Below, in pieces: positions 7,935 through 17,539 of a stretch of 32,000 bases of DNA (positions are counted from its first letter, which is position 1; every line of letters begins with the position of its first letter). Source of the DNA: Halomicronema hongdechloris C2206 (GTDB taxonomy: Bacteria; Cyanobacteriota; Cyanobacteriia; Phormidesmidales; Phormidesmidaceae); contig NZ_CP021983.2 in NCBI RefSeq assembly GCF_002075285.3, positions 5,400,001-5,432,000 on the forward strand. Reading direction: 5' to 3'. The notes under the pieces were generated by a model. The model did not search any database, was not told the DNA's origin, and saw nothing but the letters and a program-made list of their open reading frames with translations. The translations under genes and the position numbers were made by a program.

Positions 7935-8163
7935 GGATTTGGATGCATCGTCGGTGGCAGACCCAGCATCGGGACCGTTGCTTAACCGCGCCGTTTGCTC
8001 TTGGCTCTGCCGTAGTTCATTATCCCTCAGCCATAGCAGCGGCAACAGCGATGACTGGGTTGCGATCGCAAATGGCAATGATAAGTGGCAACAATCCTGG
8101 CAGCGAGAGGATAGTCACCAGGTTTAGGGAACGCGGTTGCCTGTGCACCACATCCATCGCCTG

Positions 8164-9303
8164 TCAGTAGAGCTCATACTTCATCCACTGGCAGGGTAAG
8201 GAGCCATTGTACACCGGAAACCGCTGAGCCGATTTGAGACCGATGTGGCGGGCTAATTCCTTATTGCCGCTGAGGATAAAGGCAGTCCAGCCCTTGAATC
8301 GCTGCTTCAGCACGTCCCCTAATAGCCTGTAAAAGTCCGCTAGCTCGGCTGGATGGCCCATCCGCTCCCCATAGGGAGGATTGCAGAGGATGATGCCCTG
8401 ATCGGCTGGGGCGTCTAGGGTGGCTAACGCTTGCTGGAAGAACCGCACCTGGTCGGCTAAGCCACAGGCTTGGGCATTGTGGCGGGCCTGGCGGATGACA
8501 TCGGAGTTGCGATCGCATCCCAGTATCGGCACCGGTAGACTCGGGCGACGGCGGGCCTGGGCCTCCTGGAGTAAGGCTTGCCAGAGGTTGGCATCAAAAT
8601 CGGGCCAGCGTTGGAAGCCGAAAGTGCTATCCAGCAATCCTGGGGCCACATCCAGAGCCTGCAGAGCTGCCTCCAAAGGCAAGGTGCCGGAACCACAGAG
8701 GGGATCGAGCAAGGGCACATCGCCCTGCCAACCCGTCAATCGTACCAGAGCTGCTGCTAGAGACTCCTTCAACGGGGCTGCCCCCACGGCAGGACGATAG
8801 CCACGGCGATGCAGACTGCGACCGGAGCTATCCAGGCTGACAATAGCTTGCTGCCGCTGGATATGCACATTCGCCTGCACATCGGCAGTCTGGACATCGA
8901 CACTGGAGCGCCGGCCCCAATAGTGGCGCTGCTGATCGACGATGGCATTTTTCACCTGCAGTGCGGTGAAATGGCTGTGATTGAGCTGTCGGTTTTTACC
9001 CGTCACCCGCACTGCCAGGGTCTCGGCCGGGGTCAGATGGGCCGACCAGTCCAGGCGCTGAATTCCCTGATAGAGGGCCTTGGCATCCTGGCAGGGGACC
9101 TGAGCCAGGTGCACCAAAATCCGAAAAGGCAGCCGCGCCCAGAGATTCACTCGGTATAGCAGCTCCACGTGTCCCTGGAAGGCAACGCCGCAGAATTGGG
9201 GCTCTACCCCATGGGCCCCCAAGGCCACCAGTTCTTCGGCGGCGAGCGTCTCCAGACCACGCGCCACCGTAGCGAAATATTGCCCCATGCTGCTCCAGCT
9301 CAT
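8164..9303 (-). CDS. THUMP-domain class I SAM-dependent RNA methyltransferase (RlmL/UPF0020-like)
   Basis: 379 aa. N-terminal YFATVARGLETLAAEEL (THUMP region), motif I DPLCGSGTLPLEAAL and motif IV NPPYGER. Confidence 0.85.
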   Translation of the reverse strand: MSWSSMGQYFATVARGLETLAAEELVALGAHGVEPQFCGVAFQGHVELLYRVNLWARLPFRILVHLAQVPCQDAKALYQGIQRLDWSAHLTPAETLAVRVTGKNRQLNHSHFTALQVKNAIVDQQRHYWGRRSSVDVQTADVQANVHIQRQQAIVSLDSSGRSLHRRGYRPAVGAAPLKESLAAALVRLTGWQGDVPLLDPLCGSGTLPLEAALQALDVAPGLLDSTFGFQRWPDFDANLWQALLQEAQARRRPSLPVPILGCDRNSDVIRQARHNAQACGLADQVRFFQQALATLDAPADQGIILCNPPYGERMGHPAELADFYRLLGDVLKQRFKGWTAFILSGNKELARHIGLKSAQRFPVYNGSLPCQWMKYELY

Positions 9304-9400
9304 CCACGCCTTTATCCATTAAACCGGCTCAGGGCACGGCACCCTCCAGTTCTCTAGACAAAGTCGCTATGATGCCTAAGTAAACTCGTGATGACCGTCC

Positions 9401-9973
9401 ATGAACACCCCGGCCCATGTGATTATCAATCTGCTCTGCCTGGGCCGTCAGGATGCTGCTCCGGTGCTGACGCCCGTCATCATCGGTGCCATCTTGCCCG
9501 ATGCCCCCATGTTTATCTTTTACTTCATCGAGAAGGTGATACGGCGCACTCCGGAGATGGTGATCTGGCGCCAGAACTACCATCAGCCCCACTGGCAAAA
9601 TTTCATCGACCTGTTTAATTCCCTGCCCTTGATGTTGCTGGGGTGGCTGGTCGCTGCCTGGGCCGGGTCCAAACTGGGGATGCTGTTGTTTTCCAGCATG
9701 GCCCTGCATGTGCTGGGGGATTTGCCGCTGCACCATCACGATGCCCATCGCCATTTCTTTCCCTTCTCCGACTGGCGCTTCCATAGTCCGGTGTCTTACT
9801 GGGATCCCAACCACTACGGTCAGATTGTGACCGGGTTGGAAATTCTCATGGTGTTGGTATTCAGTATCTGGTTGGCCCTAGGATACGAGGCTTGGCCGGC
9901 GCGGCTGAGTGTGGGGTTGGTGGGCCTACTCTACGGTGCCTATTTCGTCTATGTTTTCACGGTGTGGGCTTAG
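9401..9973 (+). CDS. Polytopic membrane protein, His-rich (possible membrane-bound metal-dependent hydrolase)
   Basis: 190 aa with several hydrophobic helices. It has a histidine cluster HVLGDLPLHHHDAHRHFFPF. The family assignment is tentative. The competing antisense ORF 9329..9814 is low-complexity. Confidence 0.6.
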   Translation: MNTPAHVIINLLCLGRQDAAPVLTPVIIGAILPDAPMFIFYFIEKVIRRTPEMVIWRQNYHQPHWQNFIDLFNSLPLMLLGWLVAAWAGSKLGMLLFSSMALHVLGDLPLHHHDAHRHFFPFSDWRFHSPVSYWDPNHYGQIVTGLEILMVLVFSIWLALGYEAWPARLSVGLVGLLYGAYFVYVFTVWA

Positions 9974-10212
9974 ACGGCGATGGCCTGCTATTATCTATCG
10001 ACTGACTGGATTCCGCAGTGTCTGTGATGCTCGCTTTGGCGAGATAATTTAGGGTTGTTCTGATGGGCTGGCAGGCAACTCTATCAATCGCCCAAGGGAC
10101 GAAGTGGCGGGAGGTAGGAGTCAGCTCGGGTTGCCTTGCTAAGTTGTCTTGAATTGTCTGCTGAATCCTGGCGTCATACCAGGGTCAGCATTCGAGTCCG
10201 ATTGAGTGTTTT

Positions 10213-11694
10213 ATGGTCACCCTGTTAACGGCTATTAGCAGCATCTTCACCACTCCCCTGCTGCGCATCGGCGGGTCGGTGATTTCCTTGGCAACCATCT
10301 TGCAGGTGCTGGCGGTACTGCTGGTTGTCTTGACCCTGACCCTGATTGTGAAGCGGTTGCTGACCCGGGTGATCTTGAAGCAGCTCGGGCTGCGGCAGGG
10401 CACCCGAGAATCGATCGCTACCATTAGCAGCTATGGGGTAGGGGTGCTGCTTGCGATCGCACTGTTGCAAGCCGTCGGCATCAACCTGGCCTCCCTGGCG
10501 GTAGTCGCGGGCAGCCTCGGTATTGGCATTGGCTTTGGCCTGCAAGACATCGTCCGCAACTTCATCAGCGGCATCACCCTACTAGTAGAACGGCAGCTAG
10601 AAGTGGGCGACTTCATTGAATGGCAAGGACTCTCCGGCTATGTGGCCGAGATTTCCCTGCGCTCCACCGTGATTCGCACCATCACCGAGCGCTACATCAT
10701 CGTCCCCAACAGCAACCTGGTGGGCGATAAAGTCATCAACTGGACCTACCACCACACCAAAGGTTGGGTCTCCCTGCCCATCCAAGTGGCCCATGAGAGT
10801 GACCCCGTAGCTGTGATTGAAGTGCTGATGGACTCCGCCTACCTAGAAGAGACGGTCTCCCACGAGCGCGCCCCGGAAGTCTACTTCGTCGGCTTCAGTG
10901 AATATTCCCTAGACTTTCAGCTCTGGGTCTGGGTCACCCAAATCGATCGCAAATACATCACCGAAAGCTCCCTGCGGTTCATCGTCGAACAAAACCTGCG
11001 CCAGCATGGCATCAAATTAGCCTCTCCCCGTCTGGATCTATGGCATCGCAATCCCAACCTGGTGGTGCAATCATCCCTGGAGCGCTATCCGCACCACGTC
11101 ACCCTGCAGGCTCCCTTCCCCGACGAGATGGCTGGGGGATCCCTCAAGCGTCCTGTCTCTACCCGCGATCTGCTGCGACAAATTTCCTACTTCCAGAACT
11201 GTAGCGAGATCGAACTGCGCAAGCTGGTTGAAGTGGGTTCCCGCCGCCATCTCAAGATGGGCGAAACCCTCTACCAAGCCGGAGATCCAGGCAATGCCTT
11301 CTACATCATCTTGGCTGGGGCCCTCAGTTACACCGTGGATGGCCTCAATCATGCCCCCACCGTGCTCACCACCAGCGAATTTATCGGGGAATTTTCTCTG
11401 ATGCTGGGTATCCCTCGCACCGTCACCGTGCACGCCATCGAAGACACCACCGTCTTCGCCGTCAGTCCCCAGGGCTTCAAGAAGATTCTCAAAGACCAAC
11501 CCCAACTCTACGAGCTGATTGTGCAAGCCATGGGGCGCCACCAAGAAGAGCTCTCCCAGCACCGGCTGCAGCTACGGCACATGGGATTACTCAACACCAC
11601 AGAGTATGACAAGAACCCGGTGGCCTGGATTACCAAAAACCTGGAAAAACTCTTCAATCTTTCCAATGATGTCACGCCCCCCACTCACCCCTAG
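10213..11694 (+). CDS. MscS-family mechanosensitive channel fused to a C-terminal cyclic-nucleotide-binding domain
   Basis: 493 aa. N-terminal TM helices are followed by the MscS pore/beta region GFGLQDIVRNFISGITLLVERQLEVGDFIE. The cNMP-binding domain reads YFQNCSEIELRKLVEVGSRRHLKMGETLYQAGDPGNAFYIILAG...GEFSLMLGIPRTVTVHA. Confidence 0.9.
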   Translation: MVTLLTAISSIFTTPLLRIGGSVISLATILQVLAVLLVVLTLTLIVKRLLTRVILKQLGLRQGTRESIATISSYGVGVLLAIALLQAVGINLASLAVVAGSLGIGIGFGLQDIVRNFISGITLLVERQLEVGDFIEWQGLSGYVAEISLRSTVIRTITERYIIVPNSNLVGDKVINWTYHHTKGWVSLPIQVAHESDPVAVIEVLMDSAYLEETVSHERAPEVYFVGFSEYSLDFQLWVWVTQIDRKYITESSLRFIVEQNLRQHGIKLASPRLDLWHRNPNLVVQSSLERYPHHVTLQAPFPDEMAGGSLKRPVSTRDLLRQISYFQNCSEIELRKLVEVGSRRHLKMGETLYQAGDPGNAFYIILAGALSYTVDGLNHAPTVLTTSEFIGEFSLMLGIPRTVTVHAIEDTTVFAVSPQGFKKILKDQPQLYELIVQAMGRHQEELSQHRLQLRHMGLLNTTEYDKNPVAWITKNLEKLFNLSNDVTPPTHP

Positions 11695-11806
11695 GTCTGG
11701 TTACTCGAACTACCTTGAATACACTTGAATACATAGGAGGAGAGAAAAATTAGCCTTTATCGCCGTGATTTAGAGCATCGCTATAGTGCCCTTGGCATAG
11801 GCCAGG

Positions 11807-12847
11807 TTAGCCGATGTTCAACCGAGTCAAGGTTTTGGGACCGACTATCCCATCGGTCACGAGCCTTTGGGATGCCTGAAACTGCTTCACAGCCTGTTCC
11901 GTATTGGGACCGAAGACCCCATCAATACTGACCCGCTGACCTGCCTTGGCCAGGGCCTGTTGCACCTGACGCACGTCGTTCCCGGTAAGGTAGGGCTCTG
12001 TTAGATACAGCACCCGCATCAGCAGGCAACTCCAAGTCTTGGACCCCACTACCCCGTCAACAGCCAGGCCATTGACCTGTTGGAAGCGTTCCACCGCCAG
12101 CTTCGTCGCCGGCCCAAAGACACCATCTACCACCAGCCCTGCCCCCTTGCGGTGCAGACATTCCTGGGCTTGCTTAACATCTTCTCCCTGCAGGTAGGGA
12201 TTAGTGAGATACAGGGTACGGCGATCAGTGGCCGTTGGCGTCGTCGGGGCCGTGGCCACCGGGCTAGAACGCCCCTGCAGATAGGCCTGGGCCTGCTGGC
12301 TCAAGCGGGCCCCCGAGCCATAGGTGCGGCCACTAGCAAGATAGTCACGTCCGGCTGCACTGAGAGATACTCCGGAGGTGCCCGAGAGAAATAGATTCGC
12401 CTCCGACAGTCGCCGTCGCAGCAACCCTTCTTCGACGTTGCTGCCGGGGTTGCGGTAGAGAACCAGGGCGGCTTCAATCTGGTCCCACTGGCGTTTTTGC
12501 AAGACCCGAGTAATGGTCTCAAAGCCGCGGTTGCCGTAGAAATGGGCTCCCAGGTTATAGGCAAAACTGAGGATGGCGCCCTGTTGCGGTTCAGTTAGGC
12601 TAGACCAGACTGGAATTTTCTCTAGGGGGGGCAAGAAGGCTGCTTCCACATGCCAGGTCAACAGGGCATCAGCCTCTGCCTGGCTAATCCGCTCGCCGAG
12701 TTGAAAGGGGCTGCCATCCCGCTTGCGAGTGTTGCCCCAGCCGATGGTGTAGGGTTTGCCGCCAGTGCGGGGGTCGGGATAGGCTTCCAGACGACAGCCC
12801 TCAAATTGTTTAATCATGGCAACGCCAGCCTGAGGCACCCTGGCCAT
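11807..12847 (-). CDS. GH24 (phage-type) lysozyme with two C-terminal peptidoglycan-binding (PG_binding_1) repeats
   Basis: 346 aa. The N-terminus GVAMIKQFEGCRLEAYPDPRTGGKPYTIGWGNT carries the GH24 catalytic region. Two ~65-aa repeats follow: LYLT.PYL.G.DV.Q.Q..L...G....DGVFGP.T..AV..FQ.......DG.VG.KT. Confidence 0.9.
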   Translation of the reverse strand: MARVPQAGVAMIKQFEGCRLEAYPDPRTGGKPYTIGWGNTRKRDGSPFQLGERISQAEADALLTWHVEAAFLPPLEKIPVWSSLTEPQQGAILSFAYNLGAHFYGNRGFETITRVLQKRQWDQIEAALVLYRNPGSNVEEGLLRRRLSEANLFLSGTSGVSLSAAGRDYLASGRTYGSGARLSQQAQAYLQGRSSPVATAPTTPTATDRRTLYLTNPYLQGEDVKQAQECLHRKGAGLVVDGVFGPATKLAVERFQQVNGLAVDGVVGSKTWSCLLMRVLYLTEPYLTGNDVRQVQQALAKAGQRVSIDGVFGPNTEQAVKQFQASQRLVTDGIVGPKTLTRLNIG

Positions 12848-13201
12848 GGAGCATTCCTCCCAAAGGGGTCACCTGTTGAGGATACTGAGGAGATCCCCGG
12901 GATGCTGTAGCTTGCAATGGTTTGTAACTGTTCTCAATGTCTAGGACTCGGCAGCAGAGTACTCGATCGACTCATTCCCCTCAGCTGGCAGCAGAATTCC
13001 CAATACCTGGATCGCTTGCCTCAGAGGACATTTGAAAACTCGGCTGAAAGCCCTGTAGGGCAAGCGTTTTAGAGCGTATGGCTCTGTTGGCCAGAATCCA
13101 GTCTGGAGCAAGGTTGCAGGGTACTTTCCAAATATCTTCTCAGCCCAATGGCAGAATAAATCAGATGCCATTTAACAGCACCCTAGGACAGAACTTAGAT
13201 C

Positions 13202-13951
13202 ATGACTATGCATGCCCATCTTCAAGCTGCCCTGAGCCAAGGACGAGCCCTCAAAATTATCAGTGGATTGACTAATTTTGACACCGATCGGGTCGCCGCC
13301 GTGGTACGGGCAGCCCAACAGGGCGGCGCCACTTTCGTCGATATCGCCGCCGATGCCAATTTAGTGCGGTTGGCCCGTCGCCTCAGCGATTTGCCCATTT
13401 GCGTCTCTGCCGTAGAGCCGGAGGCCTTTCTGACTCCCCTAGAGGCCGGGGCCGACATGCTTGAGATTGGTAACTTCGATGCGTTTTATGCTCAAGGACG
13501 GCGGTTTGCAGCTGCGGAAGTCCTAGAGCTAACCTACCGCACCCGAACCCTAGTGGGCGATGTGCCCCTATCGGTGACTGTCCCCCATATCCTGCCTCTA
13601 GATCAGCAGGTGCAGTTGGCCGAGGAATTAGTGGCAGCGGGTGCTGACCTGATTCAGACCGAAGGCGGCACCAGCAGTCAGCCAAGCCACGGTGGCACCC
13701 TAGGCCTGATCGAAAAAGCCGCGCCTACCCTAGCTGCCGCCTATGAAATCTCTCGAGCGGTTGAGGTTCCCGTGCTCTGTGCCTCAGGCCTATCCCACGT
13801 GACTGCAACCATGGCCATCGCTGCCGGGGCGGCGGGCATCGGCGTAGGATCTGCCGTAAACAGGCTGGACAATGATGTGGCCATGGTCGCGGTAGTGCGC
13901 CAGTTAGCCGAGGCCCTGCAGGCGGTTAGTCGTCGTTCGGTTGGCGTCTAG
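13202..13951 (+). CDS. ycf23: Ycf23/DUF561 family protein
   Basis: 249 aa. ALKIISGLTNFDTDRVAAVVRAAQQGGATFVDIAADANLV is characteristic of cyanobacterial and plastid Ycf23 (TIM-barrel-like). Confidence 0.75.
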   Translation: MTMHAHLQAALSQGRALKIISGLTNFDTDRVAAVVRAAQQGGATFVDIAADANLVRLARRLSDLPICVSAVEPEAFLTPLEAGADMLEIGNFDAFYAQGRRFAAAEVLELTYRTRTLVGDVPLSVTVPHILPLDQQVQLAEELVAAGADLIQTEGGTSSQPSHGGTLGLIEKAAPTLAAAYEISRAVEVPVLCASGLSHVTATMAIAAGAAGIGVGSAVNRLDNDVAMVAVVRQLAEALQAVSRRSVGV

Positions 13952-13997
13952 TCCTGATATCCCATCTGGACAACGGCACCGTTTGTCAATACTGAGC

Positions 13998-14035
13998 CCC
14001 TGGTAGGGATGCGGTATATCCCGTCCCTACCAGGG
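13998..14035. terminator. Hairpin between convergent genes (possible bidirectional terminator)
   Basis: Perfect 12-bp inverted repeat CCCTGGTAGGGA/TCCCTACCAGGG with a 14-nt loop that has an internal CGG/CCG pairing. There is no clear U-tract on either strand. Confidence 0.4.
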
Positions 14036-14048
14036 CGGGGGCAAGTCC

Positions 14049-16664
14049 TCAGCCAGCGGATGAGTTGGTCTTGGTCTTGGCCTCTAGACTCTCTAAGCGG
14101 CTCTTGAGGTCCTGGTTGGCTCGCTTCAGTTCATCAATCTCCTGCTGCAGGGTCTGCACCGCTTCATCCTTATCGATCGCTTTTTGCACTGTCTGGACGG
14201 CCTCTTCGGCCCGGCGGCGCACCCGGCCATCGGGGGTGTGATCGGCGAGGGATTGCAGCACTTTGATAGCTCCTGGCGTTTCCATGCTGCCGAGGGCACT
14301 GACTACGGCTACCTGAGTCAGGAAGAAGGTCTCGCGCGACAGCAGATCTAACTGATCTAGAATCCGTTCGATGGCTGCTTTGCCCTGGCCGGTGGAGATT
14401 TTGCCCAGGGCGCGGATGGCTGTGAGCCTTAGAGGTTGGGGGACTCCGGCCTGGGTGTAGGGCATTAGCAGTGTCAGAGCCGCCTCCGAGGTCTTGAATT
14501 GGCTTACGCCCCTAATCGCCCCAGAACGCACGGTCTCATTCCAACCGGCGCGCTCTTGCAGGACCTGCTCTAACATTTGCAGACCTTGCGGCTGCTGCGA
14601 CTGTCCATCTAGGGGAGTCGCGGCAACCTTACCCAGGGCTTCCGCCGCCGCTGCCTCGACATAGTAGCTCGGATCTCCCGAGTCTAGTAGGGCGTATAGC
14701 GCCTGATAGCTAGCCATGGTTTTCACCTGGCCTAGGGCATTGGCGACGGCACGGCGTACTCGTGGATGGACGTCAGCCAGCCCGTTAATGAGGCTATCGA
14801 CGGCTTGATCAAGCTTGACAGAGGCCAGCTGCTCGGCCACCTCGGCTCGGACTCCCCAGAAGGGATCTGATTCTAAGGCAGTAGCTAGCGCCCTGACGGC
14901 CTCTAGATTGCCTTTTTTTGCGATCGCATCCGCTGCGTCAATCCGCGACAGCGGGTCAGGATCATCCTGTAACTGGGCCTTGAGTTCAGGCAGTGGATAG
15001 TTCAGAGTTACCGTCTTTAAGGTATGGCTGCCCTGATCAAAACTGACAAACGTCGGTTTTTTAGCCAGCGGGAAGAAGAAACTCTGCTCCTGCTCATGGA
15101 TCCGCACCGTGAACGATTGCAGCGTCACTTGTCCAGTCTCATCCCTATAGCCAAAGGCAATGGGCATCTTCAGATCGAACAGGCCCTTTTCCGTCCCAGT
15201 CTTGCCCTCCTGGGCCTGGGTCTGGGTCACCGTGACCTGGGCCAAACAGCTATCCTTGTCCCAGCTATAGGTCACCTTGTAGTCGGGATATCCTCCCCGA
15301 AAGACATACTGATCGAAGAGAGGGCGTAGGTTACGGCCGGTGGCCCGATCGATGGCCCGAATCAGATCCACCGTTTCTACAGTGCGGTGAGCATTGTCGC
15401 GCACAAAGGTATGAATCGCCTGTTGAAACAACTCATCGCCCAATGCCTGGTGAATCATGTGATACACGCAGGCGCCCTTTTCATAAATGTGACCGTCATA
15501 GAGCTCAATGGCTTCCCGATAGACATGGGTCACCATGGGGCGGCGATAGCGACTCTTGTCCTCGGAGACATAGCTTCGGATCTCATCAAGCCGATAATAA
15601 TTGGCCTCATCTGCCCCATATTCATGCGCCGTCCACAGCACCTCGGCATAGCTGGCCATGCCCTCTTTAATCCAGGCATGGGACCAGTGGTTGATGACCA
15701 GCAAGTCTCCAAACCATTGATGCGCTAACTCATGGGCCACCAACATCTCGGAGTTGCGATTGTCTAGGGCAGCCCGCTCATCGAGGAGACAGCGATCGGT
15801 AAGGAGGGTGCAGGAGGTGTTCTCCATGCCGCCAAAGATAAAATCAGCGGCACATACCTGAGCATATTTGGGATAGGGATAGTCATAGCCAAAAACCTGA
15901 CTAAAGAAGGCCAGCATCTGAGGGGTTTTGCCCAGGGTGCGTTGGGCATCGGCCTGTCGTCCCTTGTCGACATGGTAGGTAACTGGCACCGCCTGCCAGT
16001 GATCTTGAATCAGATCAAAGTTCCCTACAGCCAAGGCCATCAGGTAGGTCGGGTGAACCTGCCGTTGTACCCAGTGATAGACCTTAAAATCCCCTTCTTC
16101 TTCGGTAGCGACCAGCTCTCCATTGGCCACCGCTTGGTAGGGCTGTGGCACCTTCACCCGGATTTCTGAGGTTGATAGTTGACCCGGGTAGTCAAAGCAG
16201 GGGAACCAGTAGCGAGAGTCTTCATCTTCCCCTTGCGTCCAAACCTGCACCGGTTTATCGGGATAATGGTGATCGGGGCCAATGAAATACATGCCGCGCT
16301 GGGGGGCCTCAACCCGATAAGCAATCGTCAGGGTAACAGGCTGGTCCACCACTAGCGGAGTGGGCAAATTAATTGATAGTTCTTCTCCGTCATGATCGAA
16401 GGACCGGGCCGCGCCATCGACCGCAAGCGATTGAATCTCCAGGGCAACCGCATCTAGGGTGAGCCGATCGACGCCATTACGGATTGGATTAAGGCGAATA
16501 GAACAGGTGCCACTGCATTTTTTTTGGGCAATATCGAGGGCCAGGTCAAGGGCAATATGGTCTACCTGAGCAGGCCGATCCGGATTGTAATGGGGTCGAG
16601 CGCCAGGTAGTTCAAAGGAATTCGGCTCATTATCGGCGGCAGTATAACAGTGGATGTTCAGCAT
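14049..16664 (-). CDS. M1 family zinc aminopeptidase with C-terminal HEAT-repeat region and terminal coiled coil
   Basis: GGMENTSCT (GxMEN exopeptidase motif), HELAHQWFGDL followed by WIKEGMASY (HExxH-x18-E). The C-terminal ~300 aa carry PBS-lyase-type HEAT repeats (DPFWGVRAEVAEQL, HPRVRRAVANALG). The tail EIDELKRANQDLKSRLESLEAK is coiled-coil-like. The first ATG is 16664; the track uses a TTG at 16685. Confidence 0.9.
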   Translation of the reverse strand: MLNIHCYTAADNEPNSFELPGARPHYNPDRPAQVDHIALDLALDIAQKKCSGTCSIRLNPIRNGVDRLTLDAVALEIQSLAVDGAARSFDHDGEELSINLPTPLVVDQPVTLTIAYRVEAPQRGMYFIGPDHHYPDKPVQVWTQGEDEDSRYWFPCFDYPGQLSTSEIRVKVPQPYQAVANGELVATEEEGDFKVYHWVQRQVHPTYLMALAVGNFDLIQDHWQAVPVTYHVDKGRQADAQRTLGKTPQMLAFFSQVFGYDYPYPKYAQVCAADFIFGGMENTSCTLLTDRCLLDERAALDNRNSEMLVAHELAHQWFGDLLVINHWSHAWIKEGMASYAEVLWTAHEYGADEANYYRLDEIRSYVSEDKSRYRRPMVTHVYREAIELYDGHIYEKGACVYHMIHQALGDELFQQAIHTFVRDNAHRTVETVDLIRAIDRATGRNLRPLFDQYVFRGGYPDYKVTYSWDKDSCLAQVTVTQTQAQEGKTGTEKGLFDLKMPIAFGYRDETGQVTLQSFTVRIHEQEQSFFFPLAKKPTFVSFDQGSHTLKTVTLNYPLPELKAQLQDDPDPLSRIDAADAIAKKGNLEAVRALATALESDPFWGVRAEVAEQLASVKLDQAVDSLINGLADVHPRVRRAVANALGQVKTMASYQALYALLDSGDPSYYVEAAAAEALGKVAATPLDGQSQQPQGLQMLEQVLQERAGWNETVRSGAIRGVSQFKTSEAALTLLMPYTQAGVPQPLRLTAIRALGKISTGQGKAAIERILDQLDLLSRETFFLTQVAVVSALGSMETPGAIKVLQSLADHTPDGRVRRRAEEAVQTVQKAIDKDEAVQTLQQEIDELKRANQDLKSRLESLEAKTKTNSSAG

Positions 16665-16857
16665 GGCGGCAAGCAGTGTGGACAACCTAGACGCAACGGG
16701 AGACCCCCGAGACAGGGACTACCCAGTAGGGCCAGGGAGAGTAAAAGACCTACCCACCAGCGTAGCGTTTTCTCGAACCGGTTAAGGAGGACTGCAGCAG
16801 GCTAATATAGCGTTAGCCGCCAATGACATACGGCACACATCGTGCTACGATCGGTGG

Positions 16858-17139
16858 ATGAAGCCTATCGTATGGAATCCCGACAAGAACGACATCCTCA
16901 AGGCTCAGAGAGGTGTCTCCTTTGAAGATGTCGTGTTCCATATTCAGGCTGGCGACATCCTCAGTACGGTCGACCACCCGAATCAGGATCGCTATCCCGG
17001 GCAGCGGATCCATGTGATAGAAATTGAGAACTATGTGTATCTCGTCCCGTTCATTGAATCGGATGATGAAGTCTTTCTAAAGACCATCATTCCGAGCCGG
17101 AAGGCAACGAAGAAGTACAGAGGCACGAAAGATGAGTGA
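16858..17139 (+). CDS. brnT: BrnT-family (DUF497) type II toxin
   Basis: 93 aa. IVWNPDKNDILKAQRGVSFEDVV and the C-terminal LKTIIPSRKATKKY match the BrnT pattern (W[DN]..K...N..KHG..F.D ... I[IS].R.A...E). Confidence 0.75.
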   Translation: MKPIVWNPDKNDILKAQRGVSFEDVVFHIQAGDILSTVDHPNQDRYPGQRIHVIEIENYVYLVPFIESDDEVFLKTIIPSRKATKKYRGTKDE

Positions 17140-17407
17140 ATTGGATCAGGAAGAGAAGGAAATCCTTGAAGCGTATGAGGCTGGGAAGCTAAAGCGCACC
17201 GAGGGCGCCGCGCAAATCCAGAAGCGTCACAGGGAGTATGCTGAGGCCATGTTCAGAAAGGATGCAAGGATCAACATTCGCCTATCGTCGAAGGACCTTC
17301 GCGGGCTACAAAAGCGCGCCCTTGCGGAAGGTATCCCGTATCAAACGTTAATTGCCAGCGTCCTTCACAAGTACGTTGAGGGTAGGCTCCGTGAGGCCGA
17401 CGGCTAA
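17132..17407 (+). CDS. brnA: BrnA-like CopG/RHH antitoxin
   Basis: 91 aa. It overlaps brnT by 8 nt (ATGAGTGA). RINIRLSSKDLRGLQKRALAEGIPYQTLIASVLHKYVEGRL is the typical BrnA C-terminal RHH. Confidence 0.75.
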   Translation: MSELDQEEKEILEAYEAGKLKRTEGAAQIQKRHREYAEAMFRKDARINIRLSSKDLRGLQKRALAEGIPYQTLIASVLHKYVEGRLREADG

Positions 17408-17539
17408 CAGAGTAGAACGGGTAAAGCTAGTCCACACCCCGTTGCGCCGATCCCGGGGAGAACGTCCAAGATCAAGCGCTATTACTGGCGTGAGCTGGCT
17501 TGCCGCACGATGGAAATCTATTCGGCCTGGCGTGGCGCC

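Noticed and set aside
7935-8078. 48-codon N-terminal extension of the rca ORF in the track
   Set aside because: The canonical Rca N-terminus MAYYISPRF begins at ATG 7934. The extension has no similarity to Rca and begins in what looks like promoter or leader sequence.
12941-13171. 76-aa minus-strand ORF in the lysozyme/ycf23 divergent spacer
   Set aside because: No RBS, no motif, and an atypical Cys/Trp/Phe-rich composition. It is probably promoter DNA.
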